Assembly: GCA_001687465.1 (NCBI GenBank)
Contig: LVLI01000066.1
Location: forward strand, 62,001-122,302
DNA: 60,302 bases
Direction of reading: 5' to 3'
Source: Halocafeteria seosinensis
Lineage: Eukaryota
Shown here: piece after piece, positions 1-12,600 of the stretch
Layout of the letters: each line of letters starts with the position of its first letter
Position numbering within the stretch: position 1 is the stretch's first letter
Program-made: the position numbers and the translations under genes
Notes under the pieces: model-generated
Databases searched by the model: none
The model's input: the letters and a program-made list of their open reading frames with translations, nothing else
Told to the model about the DNA's origin: nothing

Positions 1-2445
1 GGTCTCTCGAAGAGACCGAGGGTAATGAGATAGGTGAGGTGATGAAGGATAAGTTCACGTGGGTACTATATCTTCAAATGCATCATTTGATACATGTAGA
101 AAATGAGTACGCGAAAGCTGATGGGGATACATGCTTGGGGATTCTTCTCTCCAAGAGCTTCATGAAGCTTAAGGAAACCTTTAGCGACGAGGTTGCTGCG
201 TGCGATATTACCGCGCAGCAAGCAGCGTAAACAGAGTGATATTCTTTTCCTCCTGGATGGGTGCGACGAAGTAAAAACTAATCCATTTGAACTTGGTTCA
301 CTCGGTGGGAGAATGTTTTCCGTTCTTCGCCAAATGGGAGTGTTCGTTTTTGTATCGTCGCGATTCTCGAGTCATACGGCGAGTCGTCAGGATGGTATCC
401 CCTTAGTTAACAGGTACTTTAGCTCTTTTGTAGTGGTGGAGGGACTCACACCGGAGGCTCGCAAACTTTTTGTGGAACAATATGCTCAAGAACGTTATCC
501 AGACAGCAGAGGTAACCAACTGCATCTTTCCCAGACACTGCAGCTCTCCTTCCGGCTCAACGATCGGCTTGACTATCTCGGTGCTAATCCGACGCTCCTG
601 GAAGCGATATGTTTTGTATATGTAGAGAGCTCAGGAAGCTTCTTTGAATCTACAAAGAAGGACATTCGCATCACGCCAATTTACGCTCGGACTGTGAAAC
701 ATTTGGTGCACAAATGGTCGACGATATCATGCTCGTCTTCACCCGACGATGATCCCCTTGACGTGTCACTAAAAATGTTAGAGGATGTAGCCTTACGACT
801 GGACGAAGATGGAGAAAATCTTCATGAGGAGAACGTTTCCACTGATAAAGACGTGTCTCTACATCGTTTGCAAAAGATCTTTGCAAAGTATCGCGAGGAA
901 TTTCGGGGACCACTAAAGTCTGTAGAGCGGGTGACCGAGTTTTTCGAGCGTGTTGGTCTGTTGAGGATTGTGTGCCGCACGGGTGACGCAGATCAAACCT
1001 ATGAATTCATTCATCGTTCTTACTGGGAATATTTTGTGGCTCTAGGGGAATTTAGAAAGAGTAAGTCTCGCCCCGCCAGATACCTTATTCAATCTGAGTC
1101 TCGACTTTGGGATCGGGTTTTCGACTTCTACGTCAGCATATTTAGCGAACAGCAAAACATTAACACTATTACTGATTTGCTTCATAGCTTACATGGTTTG
1201 CTATGTGGGGAGCATGTATCCGGTTGTACACCAGATCAAGGCCCCCATCGGTTCACCGAACTTTTACTTGAAGTGCATCCAGATAAATTGGAAAAAGTAT
1301 CGCTTCACATGATAATGTCGGCTTCAGACGAAATACGATCGCTTTTGTTTTATGCAGGTGAAATAGGCAGTTTTCGTCTTGTTAGCTGGATCCTAGCTCA
1401 GACTGCTCAGCGTAACTATCAATGTGGCGAGAAGGAAACCTATAGCGAGCAAAGAGCACTTGTCCAAGTTGCACTCGCGGGATCTTCGAAAGGAGGACGA
1501 TCTGCTTGTTGCCGAAGGATACTGGATACCATGGATACTGATTTTTATCGGGTTGAGGAAACTTCGTGGTCAGCTATTTACATAGCATCGCGAGAAGCTA
1601 GTGCCCCGGGAGCTGCCGCATGTTTGCAGTTGCTACTGGCTGAAGCTAAGCTGTCCGAAACCCCGGAGTTTATTAAACAGGAATCTATGAAAATCGCAGG
1701 AGAACGGAGTCACGAACGTTGCGTCGCCCTGTTCTTAATCTGGTGTGACGGTGTTGTAGGTGAAGTCGCTGCACAAGTATTGGGTGACGCCTGGATGTCG
1801 ATGGCCCCACAAAAAAGAATAAATGCCGCAAAGAGTGAACTTAATTGTTTTGAAGAGTTAGTACAAGCGTTGCAACGGGATGATGTGGAACGACTTTACG
1901 CACTCAATGATGGCGGAAAGGATGTAAGCTTACAGTTCTCTCGAAAGGGACATGAGAATTGCTATTCTCCCGTATGGATTGCTGTGATATTAGACAGACC
2001 AAACACAATATTGCCATTGTATACGTGCAATGCGACTATCGACGAAGTGCTTCCATACCAGCGTGTAAAGTTGATGTTTGAGGAAGTTTATCCTCGGTCA
2101 AGTGAAATGGACTGTTGGCTGAACACCGAGCTCTCCATGGATGAAGAGACGAAACTGACGCCTTATGCTTTAGCCTCGAGCTTGGGGCGAATTGATTGTG
2201 TGGAAGCTTTGGAGCAAACAAAGGTGCCTCTCAAGAATGATAAAGCACTGAGTCTTGGTCCTCTTCGAGGAGCCATACGAACTGGCCAGTTGGCCTGTGT
2301 CAAACACTTCGTTGGCGAAGGAAGAATAGACACCGACTTAATTGAGGAGTCAATTTTGTTTGATCGAAATGTAACTTTGGAATTTTTGCTTTCTCGGAGG
2401 CAATTGACCGAAACACCTGACCAGGACGACGAGTTTGTTAGTTAT

Positions 2446-3003
2446 TGTTTTCATTTATGTTTAAAGAAGGACAGTGGAAAATGCCTGCTGGAATTACTGG
2501 ATGGAGCTGAATGGAGACGGTTATTGCGTGATCGGGCGGGATATTCAGACAACGAGTTTGTTAGTTATTGCTTGCATTCATGCTTAAAAAGCGATTGCGG
2601 GAAGTGCCTCGTCGAGTTGCTGAATACGTCTCAATGGATGGATATACTCTGCCAGCAGAAGGGATGCTCTTTTGCGAAACTCATCGGCTCTTGCTTGCAA
2701 TCATGCTTAGAAAATGATTGCGGGAAGTGCCTCGTCGAGTTGCTGAATACATCTGAATGGATGGATATATTCTGCCAGCAGAAGGGGTGCTCTTCCGCGG
2801 AACTCATTGGTTTTTGCTTTCAGTCATGCTTAGAGAAAGATAGCGGAAAGTGCCTCGTGGAGCTACTGAGAACAAGTCGATTGCAAAATATTCTCTGTGG
2901 ACAAGGCGAGTCCACTGAAGATTTTACTGTTCGGTGCTTTAAAATGTGCTTAGAGAAGAATCGTGGAGGTTGTGTTGAGGGTTTGCTAAGTGTGACTCAA
3001 CTG
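2446..3003 (+). repeat. 123-bp (41-aa) Cys-rich coding repeat, about 5 units
   Basis: Units of the form CFQSCLEKDSGKCLVELLNTSxWxDILCxQKGCSxxELIGx are visible in both protein and DNA. Confidence 0.85.
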
Positions 3004-3876
3004 AACGACAGTATCGTCCCTACGGCTCATAGGGCCACTGTCGCTATCAATGACGCGGTGACACTCGATGCGATCTATTGCTTGGAGCCCCTTGTATATT
3101 CCTGTTTGGAGAGATTTTCTTCCGAAATAGTGGGATTGAGGGACGAACACATCATCTTAGCCGCAAAATATGGCTCGGAGCGTGTTCTACGGACATTGAT
3201 TACCAAGCTGAAGGTGCAACCCTCGCAATTGTTCACTGAGCAGGGACATTATTCTTTACTATTTTTGGCGGCTTTGAATGGTCATGATAAATTGATAAAA
3301 TCTCTGATGGGAGACTTTGAAATCAGCACACATCAAGGAGTCTCAGAGCAAGGCGAAAGTGTTTTGTTTGCAGCAGCCTTGAGTGGGAATGTAAATTGTC
3401 TAAACGAATTGCCAAGTTCCGATGTAGCGAATCTCAAAGAGCAAAAAAGTTCGTATGGGCTGTTACCTCTTGATGTGGCTTGTCTGGTGGACTCTTCGGA
3501 ATGTATCAAATTCTTAATGCCCACTAAGCACACGGAGTCGGGCAAGAAGAGGCTGAAAATCCGCCACGAGTGGCTACGCGATCTCCCTGATACTGTCTCG
3601 CTGCCTTGTGTGCTAACTGAGCAGATTGTTCATGATAAACAGCGCAAGAGCAAAGTTCATACGGTCGAGGTAAATGCAAAGACTATTGTCGATAATCTGT
3701 TCAAAGCGCTACCTACATACACGTCTGTCGCACATGGCACGGATCAGCAGCAGCAGCAGCAGCATCATTACGATGATGATCATAAACGCAGTAACAACAA
3801 CGCATATACACCTAGTACGACACCGGAATATGACAACCAAGATGAAGATGGGTTTGAGGTATTGGACATGGAAGAA

Positions 3877-4420
3877 TGCAATCAATCCACGATTACAGAT
3901 GATGCGTTTGGACATATTGGTCAACTATCGCAATTGCGAGTATTGCGGATGTTTGGGTGCAATCAGTCCACGATTACAGATGATGCGTTCCGACACATTC
4001 GTCAGTTATCACGATTGCAAAGACTGAATATGATTGGGTGCGATCAATCCACGATTACAGATGATGCTTTCCGACATATTAGGCAATTATCACAATTGCA
4101 AGAATTGTTGGTCAAAGGGTGCAATCAATGCACGATTACAGATGATGCTTTCCGACATATCGGTCAATTATCGCAATTGCGAGTATTGTGGATGAATGAG
4201 TGCAATCAATCCACGATCACAGATGATGCGTTCCGACATATTGGGCAGTTATCACAATTGCGAGAATTGTTGGTCAAAGAGTGCAATCAAGCCACGATTA
4301 CCGATGAAGCGTTCCGACATATTAGGCAATTATCGCAATTGCGAGTATTGTGGATGAGTGGATGCGATCAGTTTTCGGAGGATGCATTCCGACATGTCCG
4401 TCATTTGTCCCATTTGGAAA
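3877..4420 (+). repeat. 81-bp (27-aa) LRR tandem array, 6 full units plus a terminal unit
   Basis: The tgc-aat/gat-caa-tcc-acg-att-aca-gat-gat-gc unit recurs at 3877, 3958, 4039, 4120, 4201 and 4282, with a terminal unit at 4363. Protein consensus is CNQSTITDDAFRHIGQLSQLxxLxMxx. Confidence 0.95.
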
Positions 4421-5399
4421 TACTTGGGAAGAGAGGGGCAACCACTGGTTCGGAGGGACTTGAGACAGTCCGCGAAGATAGCTAGGCGTGTCTACATGCG
4501 CCATGACACGTGTTCATGTCAAAGACGTACGGACACCGGTTAAGTGCGCCCACGTGTATAGTGAGCTCGTTTCTGGAGAAGAGCTTGAATCGATTTAGGG
4601 AACCCGAACGTAAACCAGAACTATGGGGTATACTAAGCTTAAACAGTTCGAAACGTAGGTATTACGATAATCTTGAGGTGGCGCCGATCTAAATAGGTGC
4701 ATTTATTATTCCTCCCATCACATGAAGCTCAATCATATCTTCACCTGTACTGTTTTAGTAACGTCAGCATGGATATATCTAGAGCGTTCTATTAGCCAGG
4801 CCACTGGTCAGATCTTTAGTGCATTGCCGTCCAACACCTAGCAATCCGCAATGACTTTTCGTTGTTAGACACTAGACGGAGCACCAAGAATTTGCCACGT
4901 CCTGGATTTAGGTACCGATGGTTTCACCACACGCGCCCTTCCATTCCATCATGTTCAAACCCAATTCACAGGTTTGCGCACTAGTGGTGACAAGGCACAG
5001 CTGGGGAAGTGCTGTCACATATGTGTGTGTGCTGGCAATGTGAACTCCGCAGCCGAAGTATGAGAGAAAGGAAAAGAAATGGTAGTTGTTCAACCGCACT
5101 TCCAGTTTGTGTGCAGTTCATAGAGGAGAAGGGACTGGTATGAATGCTGCCGAAGGTCATACTACGGTGCGCATGTTCAAAAAGTGCCAACCTACGCTAA
5201 TAGCACCAACTACCGTACGTTGAAATGATTTGTTCAAAGAAGCAGGCACCGGTCAAGGTTCCAAAAGTTGCTGATGTTGGTCAGAACCCAGCTATACGGA
5301 ATCGGTTAACGGAGTCCGTTTTCTGTTAATCTAGCAGCTGCCAGCTATATCAGAATGACCATTAGTTGTTCCAGCTGGACAGGATACGCAGCTTACAGA

Positions 5400-5715
5400 T
5401 GGATTTGAAACTTTGATAAATCCGCTCCAATAATATGGACTATCACACCAACGTTTGCTGGAACATATTAGCAGCTGAAGAAGTCTCTTCCGAACCTGGA
5501 GATGTTGCTTGTGTTATGAAGATAGCCGGTTGAACAATCTGGTTGCCCTTCGGAGAAGTGTCCAATCGACCGTCCTTGGCGTTTGCGCCAGATATTGTTG
5601 TAGAATGACTAAAGTATCGCATCTATGATTCGAGGATAGGAAAAGTTCACTAGATATCCCCAGCATTGCCAAGACAGCTACCCGAATAGGGTTGTTTCGC
5701 CCATCCTCTTTTACT
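5400..5715 (-). pseudogene. Degenerate relic of the C-terminal part of the phosphatase gene at 15516-18026
   Basis: 5411-5710 (tttgataaatccgctcca...atggactatcacacc...aagtatcgcatct...cccagcattgccaagacagct) is colinear with 15735-16030 (tttgacaagtccactcca...atggactatcacacc...aagtatcgcatct...cccagtattgccatgacagct), with indels. Confidence 0.8.
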
Positions 5716-6620
5716 AGGCTTCCTGCGAGTCACCTTCTATATATACAGTATATGTACTTTATCCCTTGGGAACCCGTTCTCCATATTCTTCGCTCTTTAA
5801 TGACCCGAAGGTTTCGTCCGAAAAATCTCGTGACCCTGTTTTAGCGTTGATTTTGCCTACCATTTATCCTCTGCTAGGGGAAGCTCCAGAGCTCGCGAAG
5901 GTGTCGACAGCCTGACGACAGGCCTCTTCGGCGCAGTTTGTACTACATGTATGCGACTGTTCGAGTTTTGTTCCAGCTTTCTTCCGATTTTGATATAGAG
6001 GGACCTTCCATCTCCCCTTCCACCATTGGTACATTCCCCACCGCTTGCTTGCCAACATATCTGCTCACACAATACAAAAAATATACGTACAGTATGTTGA
6101 TGTTGCGAGCTGGGTTCCGCACTTCCACCAAAGGTTCACACGCAGCAAATGCTTAACAAGTTTGCCAGCATTGTCATTCATTTCTTGTTTCTATCTTCAC
6201 ATACGTATTTATCTGTCCCTCTCTCTTTGTGTCTTCCTAGCAGCCTCAGGCCCCGTGAGAGTTGTGTACAGTATCAGCTGGAGTAAGTAGGTGCCTATTG
6301 CTCTTCCTCTCATACACTATATTGAGCATTACTAGATGCAACCACTTGCGCAACACCCTACAATTGCTCCTCTGCACCAGACAGCTTAGGCGCGGTCGAA
6401 GATTCCCGAGAAAAACGACCCGATTCGTTCCGTTACCCTTAGTGAGATCAGACAGCCTATCACCCACCTCGGGAGGAGGCAGACGGGCTGGAGCTTTCCC
6501 TCTCCTATACTGTACGGTATATCTACACAAGAAGAAGAACAAGAGACAAAGAAGGAAGGAATTATTTATTTATTTGTCTGTTTGTGTCTCTCTTTGTGGG
6601 AGTATCCTTCCTTGTTCGAC

Positions 6621-9600
6621 ATGAGAGGCAGCCGAATCCAAGCCCGCTTCGAGGAGGAGAAAGATCATCAGACCCCACCAGCGTGTTCAGAAGAGCACAC
6701 CACCACTACCACCACCTCCACATTGCGAAGACAGCATGGAATGAGGAGACTGGGGTCAGTATCATCCAAGTGGAGGTGGATGAACATCATAGCACTGGTG
6801 GGAACGCTGTTGTTCTTCTTGGCAGCGGCGACTTTGGAGCTCCAGCCTCCTGCGGATCCAGAACCAGGCTCCCAATTCCTCCGTCATACCAGTGCTCACA
6901 AGGATGATGCGAATGTGGAAGCTTCGGTGCGTCGACGGAATCTGAGTCCGTTGGAAATGTCGTTTCTCCCCGAGTGGCTGGTTTGGGTGATCCGAATACT
7001 TGTCCCCAGTGGTGTATTAGGATTCCTCGGGCGCTGGATGTGGAAGTGGTGTCTAATTCACCAGTATCGCAAAGATGATCCCTTCTGCTATCGCGTCGCC
7101 ACAGAGCTGGGGTTGGATTCAACCACATACGCTCGGGCTGATCCGAATGACATGGATGCTCCGACGGATTATCGACCCCATCTACTGCGTCAATACTTGA
7201 TGGATAACTTACAATTGCTGGTTGTCTGGTCCCCCGGTCAGAACTCTTTCGTTCCGTTAATTTCCTATCTCCATGATAACAGGGATCAAATACGTCATGT
7301 TTGCGCTTGCCGAGGGAGTGGTGTGAACGACTTAGCTTCATCGTTCGCTGGGGCTCTGCAACATGGTGTGGGTAATTCAATTGAACAAAGCCAAGCAGGT
7401 GCTTTAACACCTGTGCTTGCTGTCCAGAAGTTTAGGCTTATACGGGGAGGGTGCTGTCGAAGGTTATTGTGTTTGGGTCGAGTGATAGAGCCTTGGGCGC
7501 TTGAACCAAGTCATTGCCCCGATTTGAAGCATGATGTATTCCTGAGGTGGTGCGGTGGCATTGCAAGCTCAGGAGAGTATGCTAGTCTTGTAAAGATCGC
7601 AAGGCCTCCGGTGTCTTTGTCCATAAAATGCGATGATATTATGGACCCTGACTACATTCCTGTCAACGTCGTCTGGGACAATACCCAAAGTGAATCTGCA
7701 TGGACCAGTATTATAGGGGAACAGAAAATTATGATTTCGCTAGAGCCAGCTCAAACGGGTACACCATGCCCTGTTGAATTCGTTGCAAAGACTGCAGGAG
7801 GAATTCCGGATCGTCGCCGTAGTCTAGAATCTCCGACTCAGCTTAGTTTGGAAAGACTGAAGCAAGGAAACTACGGCCTGCGTCTCACCCCGAACGCACT
7901 AATTGAGAGACCTAGTAACGAACATGGCAATACTCCGTTTTATGTGCATGCGTTTGTAGAATCAACAGACAACTACCGGTTGGGACAACTTAACAACGTA
8001 CGTGAATATCACGAACTTCAGTGCTCCTCCTGGGAACATCCGTTAGTTAAGCAAGCTGAATATCGTGAACGCCTTCGGCGTTGGTGCAATAATCCTAGCA
8101 ATAACAGCATTGTACAACCCATCCAATCCCCACAAGGATGGCTGAATTTCCCGGCGGTGACCAGCGTAGAGAACAATTACTTCAATGATGAGCCTGGATG
8201 GAAGTGGGAGGCGGGTGAGGAACCATTCTGGACAAATTTAGCTCCTACGTCGGATATGTTCATTTCCCTGTGCGAACACAGTCCTATCGAGCTCTGTCGA
8301 GGGGATAGCAACAGAATCTCTGTCGATCACCTCATTTCATGTCCTCAGAAAATTAGTGTGCATCCGACGGAAGCATCCCTTTACTCTAACAATGAAAATC
8401 CCCGACGCGTGCCCTTTGAATTTCACTTGCAATGCAGTCATAAGATGCATGCAGGGATCGAACAAACGCGTTTATTTGTATTTAGTTATATCGCAAACAC
8501 GAATAGGTCGGAAGTGCGATTTGACTGGAGCAAACTGCCTCCATTGTTCAAGTGTGATTTTCTCCGCTTGCTATATCGAAGCTGGAGGCTTCACCGTCTC
8601 TTTAGTCACGACAGGGAAAAATATTTAGGCACGAAGGAGCGACCGATGTTGAACGATTGCTATCAAAAGCTGACGCTACTAGACAAGCACTCGAAGAATC
8701 CTAACGAAGAGACCCAGACGAGGGAAATCAATGCGACGGAGCTGCTTTCCTTGCCTAGCAGCAACGGCAAATGGGTTCTTTTTGAAGGGCCCGCCGGTGT
8801 TGGCAAAACTACCTTGTTTAAACATTTTGCCCAATCATGGTCTTTATCTGGAAATGAAGCAGAAGAAAATGAAATTGGGCGTCTATTAAGAGATAAATTT
8901 TCATGGATAATTTGTATTCAGCTTTATCACTTGATGGATATTGAGTGCCACGATAGCGCTGCGGATGGAGAGACGTACCTGGGGAGTCTTCTTTCTAAGA
9001 GTTTCTTGGCTCTAAAAGAAAGTCTCAAAGGCAATGATTCCTCTCAGCAAATTAGCAAAGAGGAAGGCAAACGGATTGTAGAACACATACTAAAGAATGG
9101 TAAGGATGTTCTCTTTCTGTTAGATGGGTGCGATGAAGTAAAGAACAATCCGTTCTCGGCGAAGTCTCACGGCAATAAAGCCTTTACGGCACTGCGGCAA
9201 ACTGCAGCCACAGTGCTTGTCTCATCGAGGTTCTCAAGTCATACGGCGAGCCGGGATCAATACGGAATTCTTCTCGCTGCTAAGTATATTAACTACTTCG
9301 TTGAAGTCGAGGGGCTTCAGCCAGAAGCTCGACGAGGTTTTATACAGCACTATGCTGCTGAATGCTATTCGGATAAGAGGAACCGTTTGAAACTTTATCG
9401 GAATTTACAGCTGTCATTCCGACTTAATGATCGTCTTAAAGAACTGAGCTCAAATCCGACCCTTTTGGAAGGGATTTGCTTCGTATATGTGGAAAGCGAA
9501 GGTAGATTCTTTGAGTCCACAACGAAAGACTTCCGTGTGACGCCGATTTATGACCGGACAGTGCACCATCTGCTGGACAAGTGGTGGAGATCGTACACTT

Positions 9601-12600
9601 CGAGTGCCGACGAAGACCCTTGTAAAATAGCAAAGAAGATTCTCGAAGATGTAGCTTCTCAGGTGGATAGAGATGATGGCTACACTGATAAACAGATTCC
9701 TCTTAAATTATTGCAAGAAGCTTTTGATAGCCACCGAAGGAAATTCCGAGGACCGTTGAAGCGTCTGAGGGGACCGAGTGAGTTTTTCGAAGGTGTAGGC
9801 TTGTTGCAAATAGTATGTCCCAGTGGTGATGAAAACCAGACTTACGAATTCATCCACCGATCCTACTGGGAGTACTTTTTGGCGCGTCAGCAATTTAAGA
9901 CTGTGGATCCAAGAAATGTTGAAAGTCTTGTCGAGGGGGGATCGCGTCTCGGGGATCGGTTTATGGATTTCGTTGTTAGCCTCTTTAGTGAACACCAGAA
10001 TTTAGAGGCTGTTACCACTTTGCTTTGTAGTTTGCACAGATCCCTGACAGGTCAGGAAGACGAAGCGTCTCGCGGACGCAGTCGTTTCGTAGAGCTTCTT
10101 CTGGAAGTCGATCCCGGGGCCTTGGAGCAGATATCGCTGAGTGAAATCACGTGTACTGCTGAAGAAATGAAGCTTTTGCTATTTTGTGCGGGGCAAGTAG
10201 GCAGTCTTCGCCTCATCCGGTGGATTTTAGATAATTGCAGCGATAGCTCAGTGAACCGGTTAGAGCTGAACCAAATCGCACTCGCTGGCGCGGTAAAAGG
10301 AGCACGCTTTGATTGTTGTCGAGCTGTTTTGGATACATTAGAAACTAAATTTTACCTGATAACCGATGTCGCATGGTCGCCGATTTATATTGCATCGAGA
10401 GATGGATGTGCTCTCTGTCTGCAGTTACTGCTCAGCTGGCTCCTGGCTCGTCCCAACCTTCCAGCTATTGCTGACTCTGTCAGGCACGAATCTTTGAAGA
10501 TAGCAGGACAACAAAACCATGATCGCTGTACTTCCTTACTCTTGATCTGGTGCGAAGGCAACATTGATGATTGTAATGCGCCAGTCCTGAGTGACTTCTG
10601 GTTCTCGCTGAATAGAGAGGAAAGGATCAGTAACGCGAAGCACTATCTTGACTGTTTTGACGACCTAGTCGAAGCGTTGCAGGACGAGAATGTGGACCGA
10701 CTATATGCACTCAACGACGACGGAAAGGATGTAAGTTTGCAGTTCTCTCGGAGGGGACAAGAAAATTGCTACTCCCCAGCATGGGTTGCTGTTGCATTAG
10801 ACAAGCCAAACACAATATTACCATTGTATACGTGCAATGCGACTATCGATGAAGTTCTGCCTTCTCGACGTATCAAGTTGATGTTCCAAGAAATTTGCTC
10901 GACGTCAACGTCAAGCGAAATGGAATGTTTGCTGGACAAGGAGCTCTCCGTGGATGAAGAGACGGAACTTACTCCTTATGTTTTAGCCTCAAGTCTGGGA
11001 CGACTTGATTGTGTGGAAGCCCTGGAGCAAACGAAAGTGTCTCTGAAGAACGATGCAGCACTAGGTCTTGGTCCTCTGCGAGCAGCCGCCCGAACGGGCC
11101 AGTTGGCATGCCTGAAGCACTTTCTCGAAGCAGGACGCATATATATAGATACAGAGGTAATCAAGGATTCCATTTTGTTTGATCGAGATGAAACTTTCGA
11201 GTTTTTGCTTTCTCAAGGGAGTCAATGGGCAATTACCATCGATTTTATCGGGTATTGCTTCCAATTGTGCCTAGAGCAACGTAGCATAGGATGTCTTGAG
11301 TTATTGCTGGCTAACGAATGGAAAGATCAGCTTTGTCAACATGGTCAGTCCAATGAAGGGGAGGTCATGAGCCAGTGTTTGCATATATGTCTCGACGAAG
11401 ATAGTGGACGTTGTCTTGGGGCATTGCTTAGCACAAAGCAGTGGAGAGATGCGGTCTGTCGGCATGAGGGATTTCATATGGAGGAACTCGTTTATCAGTG
11501 CTTTCAGCTATCAATGGAGAAAGACAACACAAAGTGTCTTGAGGAGCTACTTGACGTCGATGAGTGGAGACAGTTGCTTTATCAACATGCGGGATACAAT
11601 GAAGGAGAGTTCTTGGATCATTGCTTCCAGTTGTGTATCGAACACGACAAGAATAAGTGTCTCGTGCACTTGATAGGTTCTGAGCGGTGGAGAGGTTCTC
11701 TTTGCCAGTTCAATGGATGCAGTGAAAATGGTCTCATTAACTCTTGCTTTCAGTCGTGCTTAAACAAAGATAGTCGAAAGTGCCTAGTGGAGCTTCTGAG
11801 TACAACTCAATGGAAAGATATGCTCTGCGAACAGGAGAGGTTAACTTTTGAAGAGCTCATCGGTTCTTGCTTTCAATCATGCTTGGGAAACGATCGCGGG
11901 AAGTGCCTCGTCGAGTTACTGAATACATCTCAATGGAAGGATTTACTCTGTGAACAGATGGGATGCTCGTTTACTGAACTCATCGGTTCTTGCTTAGAGA
12001 AAGATAGTGGGAAGTGCCTCGTTGAGTTGCTGAATACATCTCAATGGAAGGATTTACTCTGTGAACAGATGGGATGCTCGTTTACTGAACTCATCGGTTT
12101 TTGTTTTCAGTCATGCTTAGAGAAAGATAGCGTAAGGTGCCTCGTTGAGTTGCTGAATGCATCTCAATGGAAAACTTTACTCTGTGAGCAGAAGGGATGC
12201 TCGTTTACTGAACTCATCGGTTCTTGCTTTCGGTCATGTTTAGAAAAAGATAGTGTAAAGTGCCTCGTTGAGTTGCTGAATGTATCTCAATGGAAGAATT
12301 TACTCTGTGAGCAGAAGGGATGCTCGTTTACTGAACTCATCGATTCTTGCTTTCGGTCATGCTTAGAGAAAGATAGTGAAAAGTCCCTCGTTGAGTTGCT
12401 GAATGCATCTCAATGGAACGATATACTCTGTGAGCAGGAGGAATGCTCGTTTACTGAACTCATCGATTCTTGCTTTTGGTCATGCTTAGAGTCAGATAGT
12501 GGAAAGTGCCTCGTAGAACTAGTGAGTACTAGCCTGTGGACCGATATGCTCTGTGAACAAGGCGAGTCCGTTGAAGATTTTACTGTCCGGTGCTTTCGAT

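Larger units (their letters stand above)
1..4485 (+). pseudogene. NACHT-ankyrin-41aa repeat-ankyrin-LRR (NLR-like) paralog 1; 5' end outside window; frameshift near 225
   Basis: ORF 39-230 (KDKFTWVLYLQMHHL...LLSKSF) and ORF 193-4485 (ILFLLDGCDE Walker B, NPTLLEAIC, YEFIHRSYWEYF) align consecutively to the paralog at 6621-14066 but in different frames, with about 7 codons missing at the junction. Ankyrin-like and LRR repeats follow. Confidence 0.8.

Noticed and set aside
3877..4420. Regular repeats with variable intervals resembling a CRISPR array (also 13569-14030)
   Set aside because: In-frame 81-bp coding LRR units in a eukaryotic gene; no unique spacers and no cas genes.
5857..6290. Short overlapping ORFs between the NLR copies
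   Set aside because: No recognisable motif. Possibly a decayed gene, but this cannot be supported.
6582..6620. ORF-track start of the 2494-aa protein
   Set aside because: Non-ATG start; the first ATG is at 6621.
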